From NCBI GenBank assembly GCA_026025075.1, contig JAPEUI010000056.1:62001-110020 (forward strand): 48,020 nucleotides of DNA, in the 5' to 3' direction. This DNA comes from Vezdaea acicularis. Its lineage: Eukaryota. This document shows, one piece after another, positions 10,266-21,901 of this stretch. The position numbers were made by a program, and so were the translations under genes. The notes beneath the pieces are model-generated. The model had not been told where the DNA came from and searched no databases. It saw only the letters and a list, made by a program, of their open reading frames with translations. The first letter of the stretch is position 1. Every line of letters begins with the position of its first letter.

Positions 10266-11519
10266 ACGCTTGGAGGCTGTTAGAAGGTCTGTATAGACTT
10301 CCTGTCACCATTACTGCAGCGCTTGGAGATATGCCATAGCGGGGTATAATTTGTAAGTATCAGTTATTAAGGCATTTATAGCGCGGAGCACGTTACCAGC
10401 CTGTATTTTTATTGGTGGAAGTTGACTTATCTCACTTTACGCACCAAACAAGCAGAGATGGAAACAGGGATCTCAAAGTCAGGAACTATACTCTCCTATT
10501 CAGATCTGGAGGTGTAACAAAAATTTTGAGTAACGAGTATGGCTTTATTTATGAGCGTATGGTTCAATATCTAAGAAATTACTGCAAGCTGGCTTGCTTT
10601 AAGGAATAGCGGGACAGTTGGGATTGCACTATATTTACGAGTATCTTTAAAGGTAGATGTGATGTGACAATACCGGATGACGCTGAAAACTTGGCCATGA
10701 GTCTCACGGCTGACAAGTGTGGTTTCTTCATAGGAGCCAGTAGACAATAGCAATCAAATAATTGGCCTTCACTCAATTGAAGAAAAGGTATTCAGACCAT
10801 TTCGAAGGATGATTGTGTGTATTCTGCTCTACGACGATAGCTTTAAGCTGTACTTTAGGGGTAAGAATCTGATCCAGGAATGTCTTGCCTACATCCTCCA
10901 AACAGAGCAGATTTTGGTTTCACAGCGATTTGTCTGTTTGACGGCCAAACTTATTTATGATCGTATTAAATTTCCGAAGGCAAAACAACAGGTACACAAC
11001 AGTAGGGAGGCCAATCAGATTGCATGATCGGTCATGACGTTATGATGTTAGTTGCGACAATTAATACCGGGGTTCGGCTTTCCATCCTCATTCTCGTTGG
11101 ATCATCTTACGTGCCCACGCTCCCGCCACCCGCCACTCGCAGATAAGCTTTTGCTTGGTCCTGCAACTCAAAACGCCTTCAATGGCCTGGAGGTCGACGT
11201 CAGCAACGCCGGAATTCGGCTGGTTGACAACTTTTAGGTCCTCAGCCAATGGCGAGACGTATAGGAGTCGGCCGTAGCATGCCGAAACCTACTGTGGTGA
11301 TGTACCAAAGTAAAAGAGAACCTTCGCTGCCGCTTTCTTTTGCCAACCTAAGAGCTTTATTACAAACGAATTGTGTCATTGATCTTTAGAACAATGAACG
11401 TTCTGGCGTATTGCATATAGACTGAGAAGTCAATTTGCTCCATATCATCTTCAATCTCACTACTTCTAGTCAAGCATTGCTCTCAATTCCCATTGGGTCC
11501 CAAATAACGTAGGCTCACG

Positions 11520-13435
11520 ATGCGGGACTCTTCCCGATCTTCAATATCCGGGGCGGACTCCAAGACCTCCCCACCGAAGGATGGTCTCACTAGAACGCCC
11601 GTCGAAAACAGGAGCACCGCATTGGACCTTGATCTCGAAAAGCCGAGATCGCACGGCTCTCTCGCAACATCAAATGTAGGGACAAGATCTACTCTTTCCC
11701 GGATCCGGAGCAGGGCAGCCGACCCGCCAAGGTTTTCGCATCCATTGTCGCATACGAAGACTGGAGCCGATGTTGTTATTGATTTCGATGGGCCTGATGA
11801 TCTTTATAGACCAATGAATTGGCCGCGCAGGAAGAAAGTTATTACGACACTTCTATATGGCTTCACTACAATGGGCGCGACTTGGGCAAGTAGCGTGTGA
11901 GTAACACCTCAAAGCTAGCGGCGCAGAACCTTTAGAGCTCGCCCTAATCTGTTTAATTTATGGAGAATCTGTGCCTGATCGAACTTGGTCATTAGATACT
12001 CATCAGGCGTACGTCAGATAGCAGGCGACTTTCACGTCTCTCTAGAAGTCAGTACGCTTGGGCTGAGTTTGTACCTATTTGGCTTCGGCTTAGGCCCTTT
12101 ATTATGGGCTCCTATATCTGAGGTATATGGTCGAAAAGCATCTGTGCTAGCGCCTTACTTCATTTCGGCCTGTTTCTCCTTCGGAACAGCGACTGCGAAA
12201 GATATCCAAACTGTTATCATCACACGCTTCTTTGCCGGCCTATTTGGTTCGGCGCCAGTCACAAACACTGGAGGGGTTCTGAGTGATTTGTGGTCTCCTA
12301 GAGAGCGTGGTGCTGCAATTGTTGGTTATGCCATGACTATAGTTGGCGGCGCCATCATCGCACCGATCGCTGGGGGTGCCATCGTTCAGAGCTATCTGAG
12401 ATGGCGATGGACTGAATACGTACGTCATTCCAAGTAGCAAAGAGCTGCCTCTCGAGATCACTGATATCCTCAGCAGCTTACTGGCATTATTATGCTTTCG
12501 AGCTTGGCTGTCGACATTCTACTTCTCGACGAAAGCTATCCACCGATGCTGCTCGTCTACAAAGCTCGGCGTCTTCGACATGAGACCGGTAACTGGGCCC
12601 TCCATGCAAAGCATGAAGAATGGGATGTGAGTTTCAAAGAGCTCCGAGAAAAGTACCTGGTTCGACCATTTCAAATGCTAGGTACTCCGATCTGCTTCTT
12701 GGTTGCCCTATATGCTTCATTCGTATACGGGATAATCTACCTCGCATTCTCCGCGTTTCCCATCGAATTCGAAGAGGAACGAGGGTGGAATCAAGTTGTC
12801 GGTCCTCTTCCGTTTCTGTCCCTTCTTATTGGCATCCTTTTCGGGGCTTGCATAAACCTTTACAACCAAGGGTTCTACGTTAAGCGTTACGAAGCGAACC
12901 ACAATAGAGCTGTCCCTGAGGCACGATTGCCACCTATGATGGTTGGCTCTTTCTTCTTTGCCGCTGGTCTCTTTATATTCGGCTGGACCTCAAACAAGGA
13001 CATACATTGGATCGGTCCTGTCATCGGTGTGGCCGTCATAGGAGTTGGCTTCTTCACCATCTTCCAATCCGCGCTCAATTATCTGATCGACACATTTCAG
13101 AGGTATTCGGCCAGCGCAGTTGCAGCAAATACGTTCCTACGTAGCGTATTCGCTGGTGCATTCCCTCTGTTCTCAACGCCCAGTAAGAAGTCCATCCAGC
13201 TTGTCAGAGTATTGTCGTGCTGTTACTAATGCGCCCTCAGTGTTCCACAAGCTCGGCATAAATTGGGCTAGCAGTCTCATTGGGTTTGTCGCCGTAGCGA
13301 TGATCCCTATTCCGTTCCTGTAAGTCTTCGACTCCATGACATTCACGGCCGTATTTTAATCTTAGTGTCAGCTTCTATATCTATGGCAAGAGGATACGCG
13401 CTCGGGGCAAATGGTCTGCCGAATCAGTCACCTAG
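11520..13435 (+). CDS. MFS drug:H+ antiporter (DHA1 family; multidrug/polyamine transporter-like)
   Basis: join(11520..11896,11996..12419,12477..13182,13241..13319,13372..13435). Motifs FDGPDD..PMNW, GPLLWAPISEVYGRK, WRWTEY, PEARLPPMM, YLIDTF..SASAVAANTFLRS. Confidence 0.93.
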
Positions 13436-13933
13436 CTGCTTGACCGTATGTGTAAAGATTTTTGTATATAATGATATGATGTCTCTCCTTCTTGGATTAG
13501 GGGAGCTAAAACCTCTATGGTTGGCAATTGATTGTTGACTTCAAAGAAAACGCATAGTAGTGTGTGAGATCTTGCATTTAAATCCACACCCGCATTAAGA
13601 TCATAGAGTGAGGCTTGCAATTCTGTCGGAGATACCTTCGCTACCAGGATTCACAGTCTGTACGCGTAGTGAGCTAATTTACAATAGCTGAAAACAACAC
13701 CAGGCGCGATTTGAAAACGTTCACGCGAAGGTGCGATGACGTATGCGCAGACGCGTTACATGGAGAAATCAAGCCAACGGCAGCCGAGAAGTGGCTCGGC
13801 AATCCGATGAAGCGGCGATCCGTCCGCCGCGCCATTCCTCATTGGTCTAAGTGCAGCAGCCAAGCTTTCTCGCTTGGAGGCAGTGAGACCAGCTGCTGGA
13901 TACCGGTTTCGACGTGGCTGCGTGCCGCGCCCT

Positions 13934-14024
13934 TAAATAAAGGTCGTCACGATGCGCCGCCGCAGACCATCTTTCATCTCTTGGCGGCCATTATCTCGAC
14001 CTCAATCTCTCTCTCTCTCTCTCT
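13934..14024 (+). promoter_or_regulatory. TATA-like element and CT-rich box upstream of the SUR7/PalI gene
   Basis: TAAATAAA at 13934-13941 and a (CT)n tract at 14006-14024, about 100-190 bp before the ATG at 14119. This is a typical fungal core-promoter layout. Confidence 0.4.
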
Positions 14025-14118
14025 TCTTGGACAAGAAACTTCATTTGGGCTCTTCATACCTTGGACGAAACGCGAACAGTGCGCAACTCACTCACAAGGG
14101 GACTCGCTTTCTGCAAAC

Positions 14119-14983
14119 ATGGCGAGAACGGGCTTCCTCCACCACATCGGAACCTTCTTTTTCTTGGCTGCCGCGATCCTGCTGTTGGTCGTATCGATCT
14201 CAGCGCCTGTCATTAAGGACATTGCCATCCTGAAAGTGTCTCTGACCAACAAGACCACCATTCGGAACTCGTCCGTGACTTTTGGGACCTTTGGGCACTG
14301 CATCCTTGACGTTCCTCCTGTTCAGTACGCACATTTCTTCTGTCTGACGAGAGGGTCTTGAATCTAACATTCCTTGCAGGACCGATCAAGACTACTGCTT
14401 TCCCAAAGTCGTTGGCTATGATGTCGCCTCTATTATGGAGGAGATTGATCACACCTCGTTTTCCAAGGCCAGCAGAGACTCAGCAAACAGGTTGACGAAC
14501 GTCATGGTGTTGCATCCAGTCGCATGTGTGATTGCTTTCATCGCATTTCTTGTATCAATTGGCGCGACGGTGATAGGCTCCATCCTCGCATCACTGATTG
14601 GAGCGCTGGCATGGATTATTACGCTTATAGTCATGGCAATTGACTTCTCAATCTTCGGGGTATGTTTTGCTAGCGGAACTCTCCTTTCTCTCCTTTCTTC
14701 AGCCGCTCGCGCGCGTTGTTCGTAAAATCGTGAATGCTGATTGCTTGTCCGCGCACAGATTGTCAAGAATCACGTGAATAAAGACGGCTCGGGCTCGCAC
14801 GCTTCGTACTCAGTCGGCATGTGGCTTGTGCTGGCCGCCATGATTCTGCTCTTCTTCGCCATGTTCATCGTGCTCTTCACATGCTGCAGCGCCAGGCGCC
14901 AGAAACGCAGATCCTACCCAGCCGATACAGCGTACACGACTGAAAAGAGGAGCCGTCGGAGGTATTTTGGAAGGAACTTTTAG
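14119..14983 (+). CDS. SUR7/PalI (Rim9) family four-TM membrane protein
   Basis: join(14119..14324,14380..14659,14759..14983). N-terminal TM, claudin-like FGTFGHC...DYC, LTNVMVLHPVAC, three further TMs and a short basic tail. Confidence 0.9.
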
Positions 14984-15709
14984 GAATCTATCGTAGCCAA
15001 TTGGCCGTGGTAGACAGGCACGATAATGGGTTCTGATCCGTTTGATCTGGATGGACGGGCTGTTTGGCCCGGTCAATGCTTATGAGGATGGAAGAGACGT
15101 TTGATACCCTGTCACCCTTTCTCTATTTTGTACAATTATGTCGAGCTGTGAGCGTCCATCAGTACATTCCCATATTTAATGTTTCAATTGTCCACAACTA
15201 CTTTTTTGTTCCATTTTACCACCAACGACGTCGTGCCTGCGCCGAAGGTCAACTTCGCGAAGATGCCCCTCCAAGAACAGTTGATGTGAAGAGCCATTTC
15301 TCTCAATTGGTCCATGCTTTGCCCCACGGACAGTGATAAGCTTACTTTTTGTGGAGCCGACGGATCGCTGACGCTGTCTTGCCATTGGCTGCTCTGTGCA
15401 TCTGGGAAGCTCCTCATTCTCATGTAGCAAGTGCTTACTCTTTGGAGCTATCCCTCGTAGCTGTTCATCCTGCTGACGTCTAAGTGAATCCCGATGCGTA
15501 AATATTTCTGCGTTATATTACTCGTATAATTCCAACGGCCGTAAATTATTAAGAGGATTTCACCTCTGTATATGTATATATATGGCAGGTGGTGAACGCG
15601 CTCAATTTTTCTTCCCAAGCCGTAGCTGTACAACCATTCCGCCGGTTCTGATAAACAGGATTGATCCCTCCTATATTTCAAAAAAAGTACCGTTCCCTAC
15701 CGTTCAGCA

Positions 15710-16800
15710 ATGAAGAGCTCCATTTTACTTCTTCCACTTCTGGGAGTCTCCACATTGGCCCAATACCTGAATGCCAGCGACGCCATCCACCAGATCCCCT
15801 CCCTCTCCCTAATCGCAGGCTTCGTGGATCGTGACCCAACTATTTCCGCGCAGCTACTCACGGCCCAAAACATCACCATCTTTGCAAGTAACAACGATGC
15901 TCTCACGAAATTGGCCAATGACCCCACCGGCAAAGGCGTGACCTTGTCACCGGCCAGTGTCCATGCGATTCTCCAGTACTGGATTGTGGAGGGGGTTCAT
16001 CCGTCTAGCTCGTTCACGCCTGAGGCTCAGTACCTGCATACAGCTTTGACGGACCCGACGTTCACTAATGTGACTGGTGGACAAGTCTTGAAGGTTGTTG
16101 AGGGCCCGAATGGCGGGTTGGTGTATTCTGGGTTAGACCGCGTTTCGAACGTAGTACAGGCTGTGCGTTACCCTTTTCATTCCCCCGTTCATCTTTTAGT
16201 CCTGCTCCCCCTTTTTTGCTGGGTTTACCAGGGCCGTCTCTCGTGGCTCTAAAAAGCTCATTTTTATGAACTAGGACATCACTTTCCCTGGTGGAGTCAT
16301 CCATGTCATCGACACGGCCCTCGATGTCCCTGAGAACATCACCTTCACCGGCTCGTACTTGAACATCACCTCCGTTGGGGTCGTCAACGCCGCAGGCTTC
16401 ATCGCGCCCCTTGAACCCTTTCACGACATCACCATCTTCGCCTTTCCTACAAACGCCACGTCGTTCTCCGAGGCCTTGCCAGGGTTCTCGTACAACCAGT
16501 CTATTGAATTCTTGAGCTATCTCGTACTCAATGGCACGGTGGCTTACTCAAATGCTTTTACGCCCGAGGGCAATGCTTTTCCCACGCTTCTCGGACCTGA
16601 CATCAATCTGAAAAATGTGAGTGGGCAGCTTTATGTTAATGAGGCGAAGGTGGTCAGGCAGGATGTTCTTATTGCGCAAGGCGTGTTACATGCGCTGGAT
16701 AGGTGAGTTGACCGCCTTTGAATTGGTGTCTGCAGAAATGTATTAATTCATGCTGGTTAGGATCATATATCCGCCTGGTTTCCAGCTGCCTTCAGCATGA
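15710..16800 (+). CDS. Secreted fasciclin (two FAS1 domains) glycoprotein
   Basis: join(15710..16162,16275..16702,16761..16800). Signal peptide; H1/H2-like motifs NITIFASNNDA, GGVIHVIDTAL, DITIFAFPTNA, GVLHALDRII; several N-x-S/T sites. Confidence 0.88.
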
Positions 16801-17550
16801 GCGATAACGTGGAAGACATGACTTCACTCATGGAGCCGCCGACAACAATTGGTCGGCCGGGTAGAAGTTATGCCATGTGTTGCTTGAGGAGGCTTAGATG
16901 GGGGTTTCGTCATGAGGATATCTCTCCTGACTCCACCGACAGTTGCCTGGTGATCAACTCGGCGTGCGGACATCTCGTGATCCAACGCGGAATGGGGATA
17001 TAAATTCTTAGCAAGTTACTCCCTCAGAGATGGTGATGTCCGTCCGGCCGATAGATTAGACATAGAGTGCATATGTTCTTCGGTGAATGATAATCAATGT
17101 TCTTTTCGCTTGCCCTTTTGACTTTGAAACCTTGAGAACGCGAGGCCGATGACCTCACTTCTTCGGAATTCACCGTGCGTCGCATAGAACTGTCATACTC
17201 GATTCGCAAGCAGACATTCTAATTAACTCTCATTGGAGGCGCTCTTGCCAAAGCTGGCTCCATCATTCAACCTCCGCACGCGACTGAGAGCTGGCAACGC
17301 CTTCTTCCGCTACCTTTTCCCTTACGCCAAGGAAAACGCGCGAGCGAGGCTCTCCAACTTTCGATTCGAAACACTACCCTACTATCGCTATCGAGCGCAT
17401 TCGCGCATCTATCGTTTTCTACTCGACGGACAAATTCGCCGCCGGCGGAAGAGGGAGCTTGGTAAAGGCGTCGTAGCTCTTCTACACAGGAACGGTCGGC
17501 GGTTCTTGGGCTTGCGTACCACCCACAATGATCCCTCGAGATCTCGAAAG

Positions 17551-20202
17551 ATGACCCAGCCCGGCAGTGGGGGGAATCTCAGTGACGGCGGAGGATCGTA
17601 CGGGTCGGGTGTAGGAGAGGGACGGGAGCGTGGAGCGAGGAGGAGGAGGCTGGCTGGCTATTTGAAGGCGGCGAATGAGCTTCGTCAGTCGTATCAACAG
17701 TCATATGCTCCGGGTTGGGGGCAAAGAGAACTCGAGGATGAGGGTTTCCAGGATACTCCGGGAGCTTACCCTGATGTGGCGGTTGTGAGTAGTGGGGGTG
17801 AGGAGATGATGCTATTTCCAAGTTATGCCCGACGACATGTCAAAAAGCAGAAGTCGAACCAGCCGCCACCACCACCCGGCCTTGAGACAGATGCAGGCAG
17901 GGAGGGTAGAGAGGGCACAGATGCAGGGGATGCTGAGTTCTGGCGCAAAGAGTGGGAAAAGCATGAGGATGATAACGCGATAGTGGACGTCGACGTCCGC
18001 GGATGGATATACTCACCACATCGAGGACCGTTGAACCGCAAGAACCGATTGATGATTGGGATTGCTCGGAGGCTTAGCGGCATACCGGCTCCTAGCGGGG
18101 AGAGTGAGGTCAGCGCTGGTGACAGCTCCCGAATAGGAACCACGCACCAGGAAAGGGTCGAGGCAAGAAATGCAAAGAGAGAGGCAGAGATCGTTAATAA
18201 GGAAGCAGAGTCTATACGGAGGAGAGGAGAGGGCGAAGCTGATATAGCAGACCGTGGGGGCTACAGTGAACATATCAATTACGACTCTGACCGAGCAAGC
18301 GTTAACAGTCTCGACACCTACAGCGGCTCAACTACGCCAAACCGCAGGGAGTCGGCGTCTGAGCAAGGTAACCAGCCCCCCAATAATCCATCAGTTGAAT
18401 CAATCAAGGATGGTAGCTTTGAACCTGGTACCTTGCATAAGAGAACCTCCTGGAATCAGCCATCCGACATGACTCCAGCGGAGCTTGCAACAGCGAACTC
18501 CCATATGATGGCGCGCCTTCGACCATTCTTGAATAATGCAATCGCCAATACTCCAATCACTGTCTTTTTCTACAATGATAATACTTCGCAGTCAAGAACT
18601 ACCATTACCAATGAGGCCGGCCATTTCAACGTCCGTGCTGCTCTGGACTTCGTGCCAGATCATGTCAGGGTATTGGCTTCGGATAAACTCTCAGCAACAG
18701 AAGAAGTTCGAATCACAGAGCCCGCTGGAATCAGTCTTATCAGTGATATTGATGATACTATTAAACACTCAGGCATAGGTGGCAATACTCGAGAGATCTT
18801 CCGCAACGTCTTCATACGAGACCTAAATGATCTCGCAATTGATGGAGTGAAGGACTGGTATAATAAGATGGCGGATTTGGGGGTCAGGATGCATTACGTT
18901 TCAAACTCGCCATGGCAACTCTACCCCGTCCTCACAAGCTTCTTCTCCCTTGCAGGCCTCCCCCCTGGATCCTTTCACTTGAAGCAGTACAGCGGTATGC
19001 TCCAAGGAATATTTGAACCCGTAGCTGAACGAAAGAAGGGCACCCTAGAACGGATAATGAACGACTTCCCGGAACGGAAATTTTTGCTTGTTGGAGATAG
19101 TGGTGAAGCGGATCTTGAAGTCTACACAGATATCGTGGTAGCCAATCCAGGAAGAATTGTCGGTGTATTCATCAGAGATATAACAACGCCTAAAGACCAA
19201 GGGTTCTTCGATCCCTCGATGGGCCCTTTGAATGGCAAGAGAGCATCAAAGTCAGATCCACCAGGCAAGCCTCAAACTACGAGGAGGGTTGAAGAACCGA
19301 CCGAGGAGAGGCCAGCGCTCCCTACTAGAAATTCAACGACGGCAATGAGAAAGCCGCAACCTACGGGGCCTGCTATGGGGACCCTCATAGATATTGGAGA
19401 CGATCCGCCGATTCGACCTAGCATATCTCAAACTCAAAGTAGCAACAATTCCAGCTTTGACCAACATGGTAGAATCCCTGCTAGTTCCTCATCAGCTTCT
19501 CTATCAAAATCGCCGCCACCTGCACGACCTAGAAAGCCCCAAGCTCTTCGAAATTCAGCATCGAGCCCTCACATTTCTCCAACTAACACTACCTTCGAAA
19601 GTCCATCACCGACCTCTAAACAACCACCGCCCCTTCCACCAAAGCCACGCAGACTGTCGAGCGCAGGCCAAACAAAGCCACCGGCCCAGCATCCACTCGC
19701 CCAAAGACAAGACGCGTCTTCCCTCGACGAGCAACAAGATGGCAGCCGCCGCAGCCTCCTCCGTCAAAAGGCTACCGCAGCATACAACAGTCTCCCCTCC
19801 GCCTCCGCTTATTGGTATGGCCCTAGCAGCGACCCTTCGCAGCCCTCCCCTACCGCGTACGAAGCACGCTCGCGCTCCGCCGACTCCAAGCCGCCCGCAC
19901 CGCCTCCCCGGCGCACAATAACATCATATCCCGCGGCAGCAGCGCAGTATGCCACGACGAAGCTGCCAGCGGGGTGGGGCGGGACTGTCGATGCGGCGGA
20001 TGACCCGAATGGGTATGCTGCCCAGGCGGCAAACAAGAAAGAAGAGCTGTGGAAGAGACGCTGGGCAAGGGCGAAGAATATCCTGGACGGGCAGAAGGTG
20101 GAGTTGAGGGCCTGGAGGGTGGGTGGGGATGTCATGGATGAGGCGGTGAGGCTTGTGGAGAAGACGCTGCATCGGATTAAGAGTCGAGAGTCGACTAGGT
20201 AG
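17551..20202 (+). CDS. APP1: Phosphatidate phosphatase App1 (actin patch protein)
   Basis: First ATG at 17551. Catalytic DxDxT motif ISDIDDTIK, plus HYVSNSPWQLY and LVGDSGEADLE. Pro-rich SH3-ligand tail (PPPLPPKP, PPAPPPRR). The frame is open for 106 codons upstream (see findings). Confidence 0.92.
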   Translation: MTQPGSGGNLSDGGGSYGSGVGEGRERGARRRRLAGYLKAANELRQSYQQSYAPGWGQRELEDEGFQDTPGAYPDVAVVSSGGEEMMLFPSYARRHVKKQKSNQPPPPPGLETDAGREGREGTDAGDAEFWRKEWEKHEDDNAIVDVDVRGWIYSPHRGPLNRKNRLMIGIARRLSGIPAPSGESEVSAGDSSRIGTTHQERVEARNAKREAEIVNKEAESIRRRGEGEADIADRGGYSEHINYDSDRASVNSLDTYSGSTTPNRRESASEQGNQPPNNPSVESIKDGSFEPGTLHKRTSWNQPSDMTPAELATANSHMMARLRPFLNNAIANTPITVFFYNDNTSQSRTTITNEAGHFNVRAALDFVPDHVRVLASDKLSATEEVRITEPAGISLISDIDDTIKHSGIGGNTREIFRNVFIRDLNDLAIDGVKDWYNKMADLGVRMHYVSNSPWQLYPVLTSFFSLAGLPPGSFHLKQYSGMLQGIFEPVAERKKGTLERIMNDFPERKFLLVGDSGEADLEVYTDIVVANPGRIVGVFIRDITTPKDQGFFDPSMGPLNGKRASKSDPPGKPQTTRRVEEPTEERPALPTRNSTTAMRKPQPTGPAMGTLIDIGDDPPIRPSISQTQSSNNSSFDQHGRIPASSSSASLSKSPPPARPRKPQALRNSASSPHISPTNTTFESPSPTSKQPPPLPPKPRRLSSAGQTKPPAQHPLAQRQDASSLDEQQDGSRRSLLRQKATAAYNSLPSASAYWYGPSSDPSQPSPTAYEARSRSADSKPPAPPPRRTITSYPAAAAQYATTKLPAGWGGTVDAADDPNGYAAQAANKKEELWKRRWARAKNILDGQKVELRAWRVGGDVMDEAVRLVEKTLHRIKSRESTR

Positions 20203-20525
20203 AATGGTACACGTATTTGAGATCGGTTCGGGCGCTCCACACACCACAATGTACACGCGGTGATAGATTATAGCGCAGAGAGCGTTACTCTGCGTTTCCT
20301 ATGTTCAAGTCGCCTCTCAAGGCCCTTGCGGCTGTTTGAAGCTGTTGATGACCGTTATAGGAAGTCTGTCGTCTTGAATAGGAGGTGTATAGACTCGAGA
20401 TGGTAGGGACGTTGATGAAAAGCGCGTTTTCATGACAACCCATCATAACCTGACCCGTACTCCTTATATGCTTCACGCTCGATAGATCTTGAAACGAAAG
20501 AACAGGAAAGACCCAAACCCCTTCA

Positions 20526-20960
20526 TCAATCTTTAATCAACAGATCCTCAATATCCTTATCACTATCCGCATCCGCCTCCTCCTGTTTCCTCCGCTCATC
20601 CTCCTCCAACAACTTCCGAATCATGGCTCTCTGCCTCCTCCTCGCACCCCTCCCCCACTTCGGGCCTTTCCCGTCATCCTCGTCCTCACTGTCACTCGGC
20701 ACCTCGACCTGACTCCTCAGACTCTTCTGCTTAGCCGGATCCTCCGACTCGAACTCCGCCAGATCGACTTCACGCTCATGGTCTTTCGCCTGGAACCGCG
20801 CGCCCAGTTTGATCAGGTATGGTCGTAGGAGCGCATACGCCCCGATGATGATGACGATGCGGATGTAGTCTTGTGCGCCGAGGTGGCTGACGGAGGCATC
20901 GATGTTGCGCTTGGCGTTGCCGGCGAGGGTTTGGAGCGTGTCCAGCACGGTGTCAGCCAT
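20526..20960 (-). CDS. PGA2: Pga2-family single-TM trafficking protein
   Basis: 144-aa intronless ORF with YIRIVIIIGAYALLRPYL, WGRGARRRQR and an acidic C-terminal DSDKDIEDLL. Confidence 0.8.
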   Translation of the reverse strand: MADTVLDTLQTLAGNAKRNIDASVSHLGAQDYIRIVIIIGAYALLRPYLIKLGARFQAKDHEREVDLAEFESEDPAKQKSLRSQVEVPSDSEDEDDGKGPKWGRGARRRQRAMIRKLLEEDERRKQEEADADSDKDIEDLLIKD

Positions 20961-21220
20961 GATATCGTAGTCGGAAAAGGATCAATTGAGTCTTTCTGTA
21001 GAAAGATAGGAGGTTGCCTGGCGTTGCGCTGGGAATATATAGTACACAGAAAAAGTTTTCAGCGCGCAATTGTGCTTTTATGGAAAGCTATTTCGCGCGG
21101 GACTTCCCGGGCCCGCAGAAATCGCGTGCTGAGGCGCGTTTCCCAACGAGGCCGCCCCACCACCGAGAAAGACCCGTACGTAGCAAACACCAATTACGAT
21201 CAACGGCGAGGTCTACGAAG

Positions 21221-21649
21221 ATGGCGAATATGGACGAGGCTACTGCTGAGGTTTGTCGTTATTCGTGGGAATATCCTATGCCTGAGTGTCTGGCTGACTA
21301 GAGTAGCGCCTGAAATCTGCGCTTTGGTTCAGTATTGGCAAGATAGTTGACGAGGAGTCGCTGCGGTGGAACGTCAATGCCACGCCTCAATTCATCGGCG
21401 CTCTAACTGAAATGGCATGGGTGCAGTTGGAGAACGCGGGACAGGACCTTGAAAATTTTGCCAAGTTAGTCAATCCATGTGTGAAAGGGCGCATCGTCCG
21501 GACTTGTGAAACTGACGAGTAGTAGGCATGCTGGGAGACAGACCGTTGGCATAGAGGATGTGCTCTTGCTCACTAGGAGGAACGAGGGCTTGGAAGCACT
21601 GATTAGGGCTTTTGTTGATAAGCTGATGGAGCGGAAAAGGGATAGGTGA
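21221..21649 (+). CDS. MHF1: Histone-fold protein Mhf1 / CENP-S
   Basis: join(21221..21250,21307..21464,21526..21649) gives MANMDEATAE-RLKSALWFSIGKIVDEE...ATPQFIGALTEM...DLENFAKHAGRQTVGIEDVLLLTRRNEGL. Both introns have GT, CTGAC and TAG. Not in the ORF track. Confidence 0.92.
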
Positions 21650-21901
21650 AGATACAATTTATTTTGTGAGAGTAGGCTTATTGAGAATATCCTTATGAGC
21701 AACTAACAAAGCTAAGCATCCACCTGCAAGAGTCGCTAGAGCATATTGGGTATCCATTCAGACAGGGTAAATCAAGGCCAGATAGATGCCACATCGCTTG
21801 CCGGATATCCTTGCCACAGTAAGAGTAAAGAGAAGTACAAGCTCAATAGAAACAAGGAAATTTAGCAATGGGTGTCACTCAAGTACACCGTCGACTACAC
21901 C

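Noticed and set aside
13711..14118. In-frame upstream extension of the SUR7/PalI ORF and an out-of-frame ATG at 13952
   Set aside because: The upstream ATG lies before the TATA-like element, the extension reads through a CT microsatellite, and family members begin at the MARTG-type TM segment.
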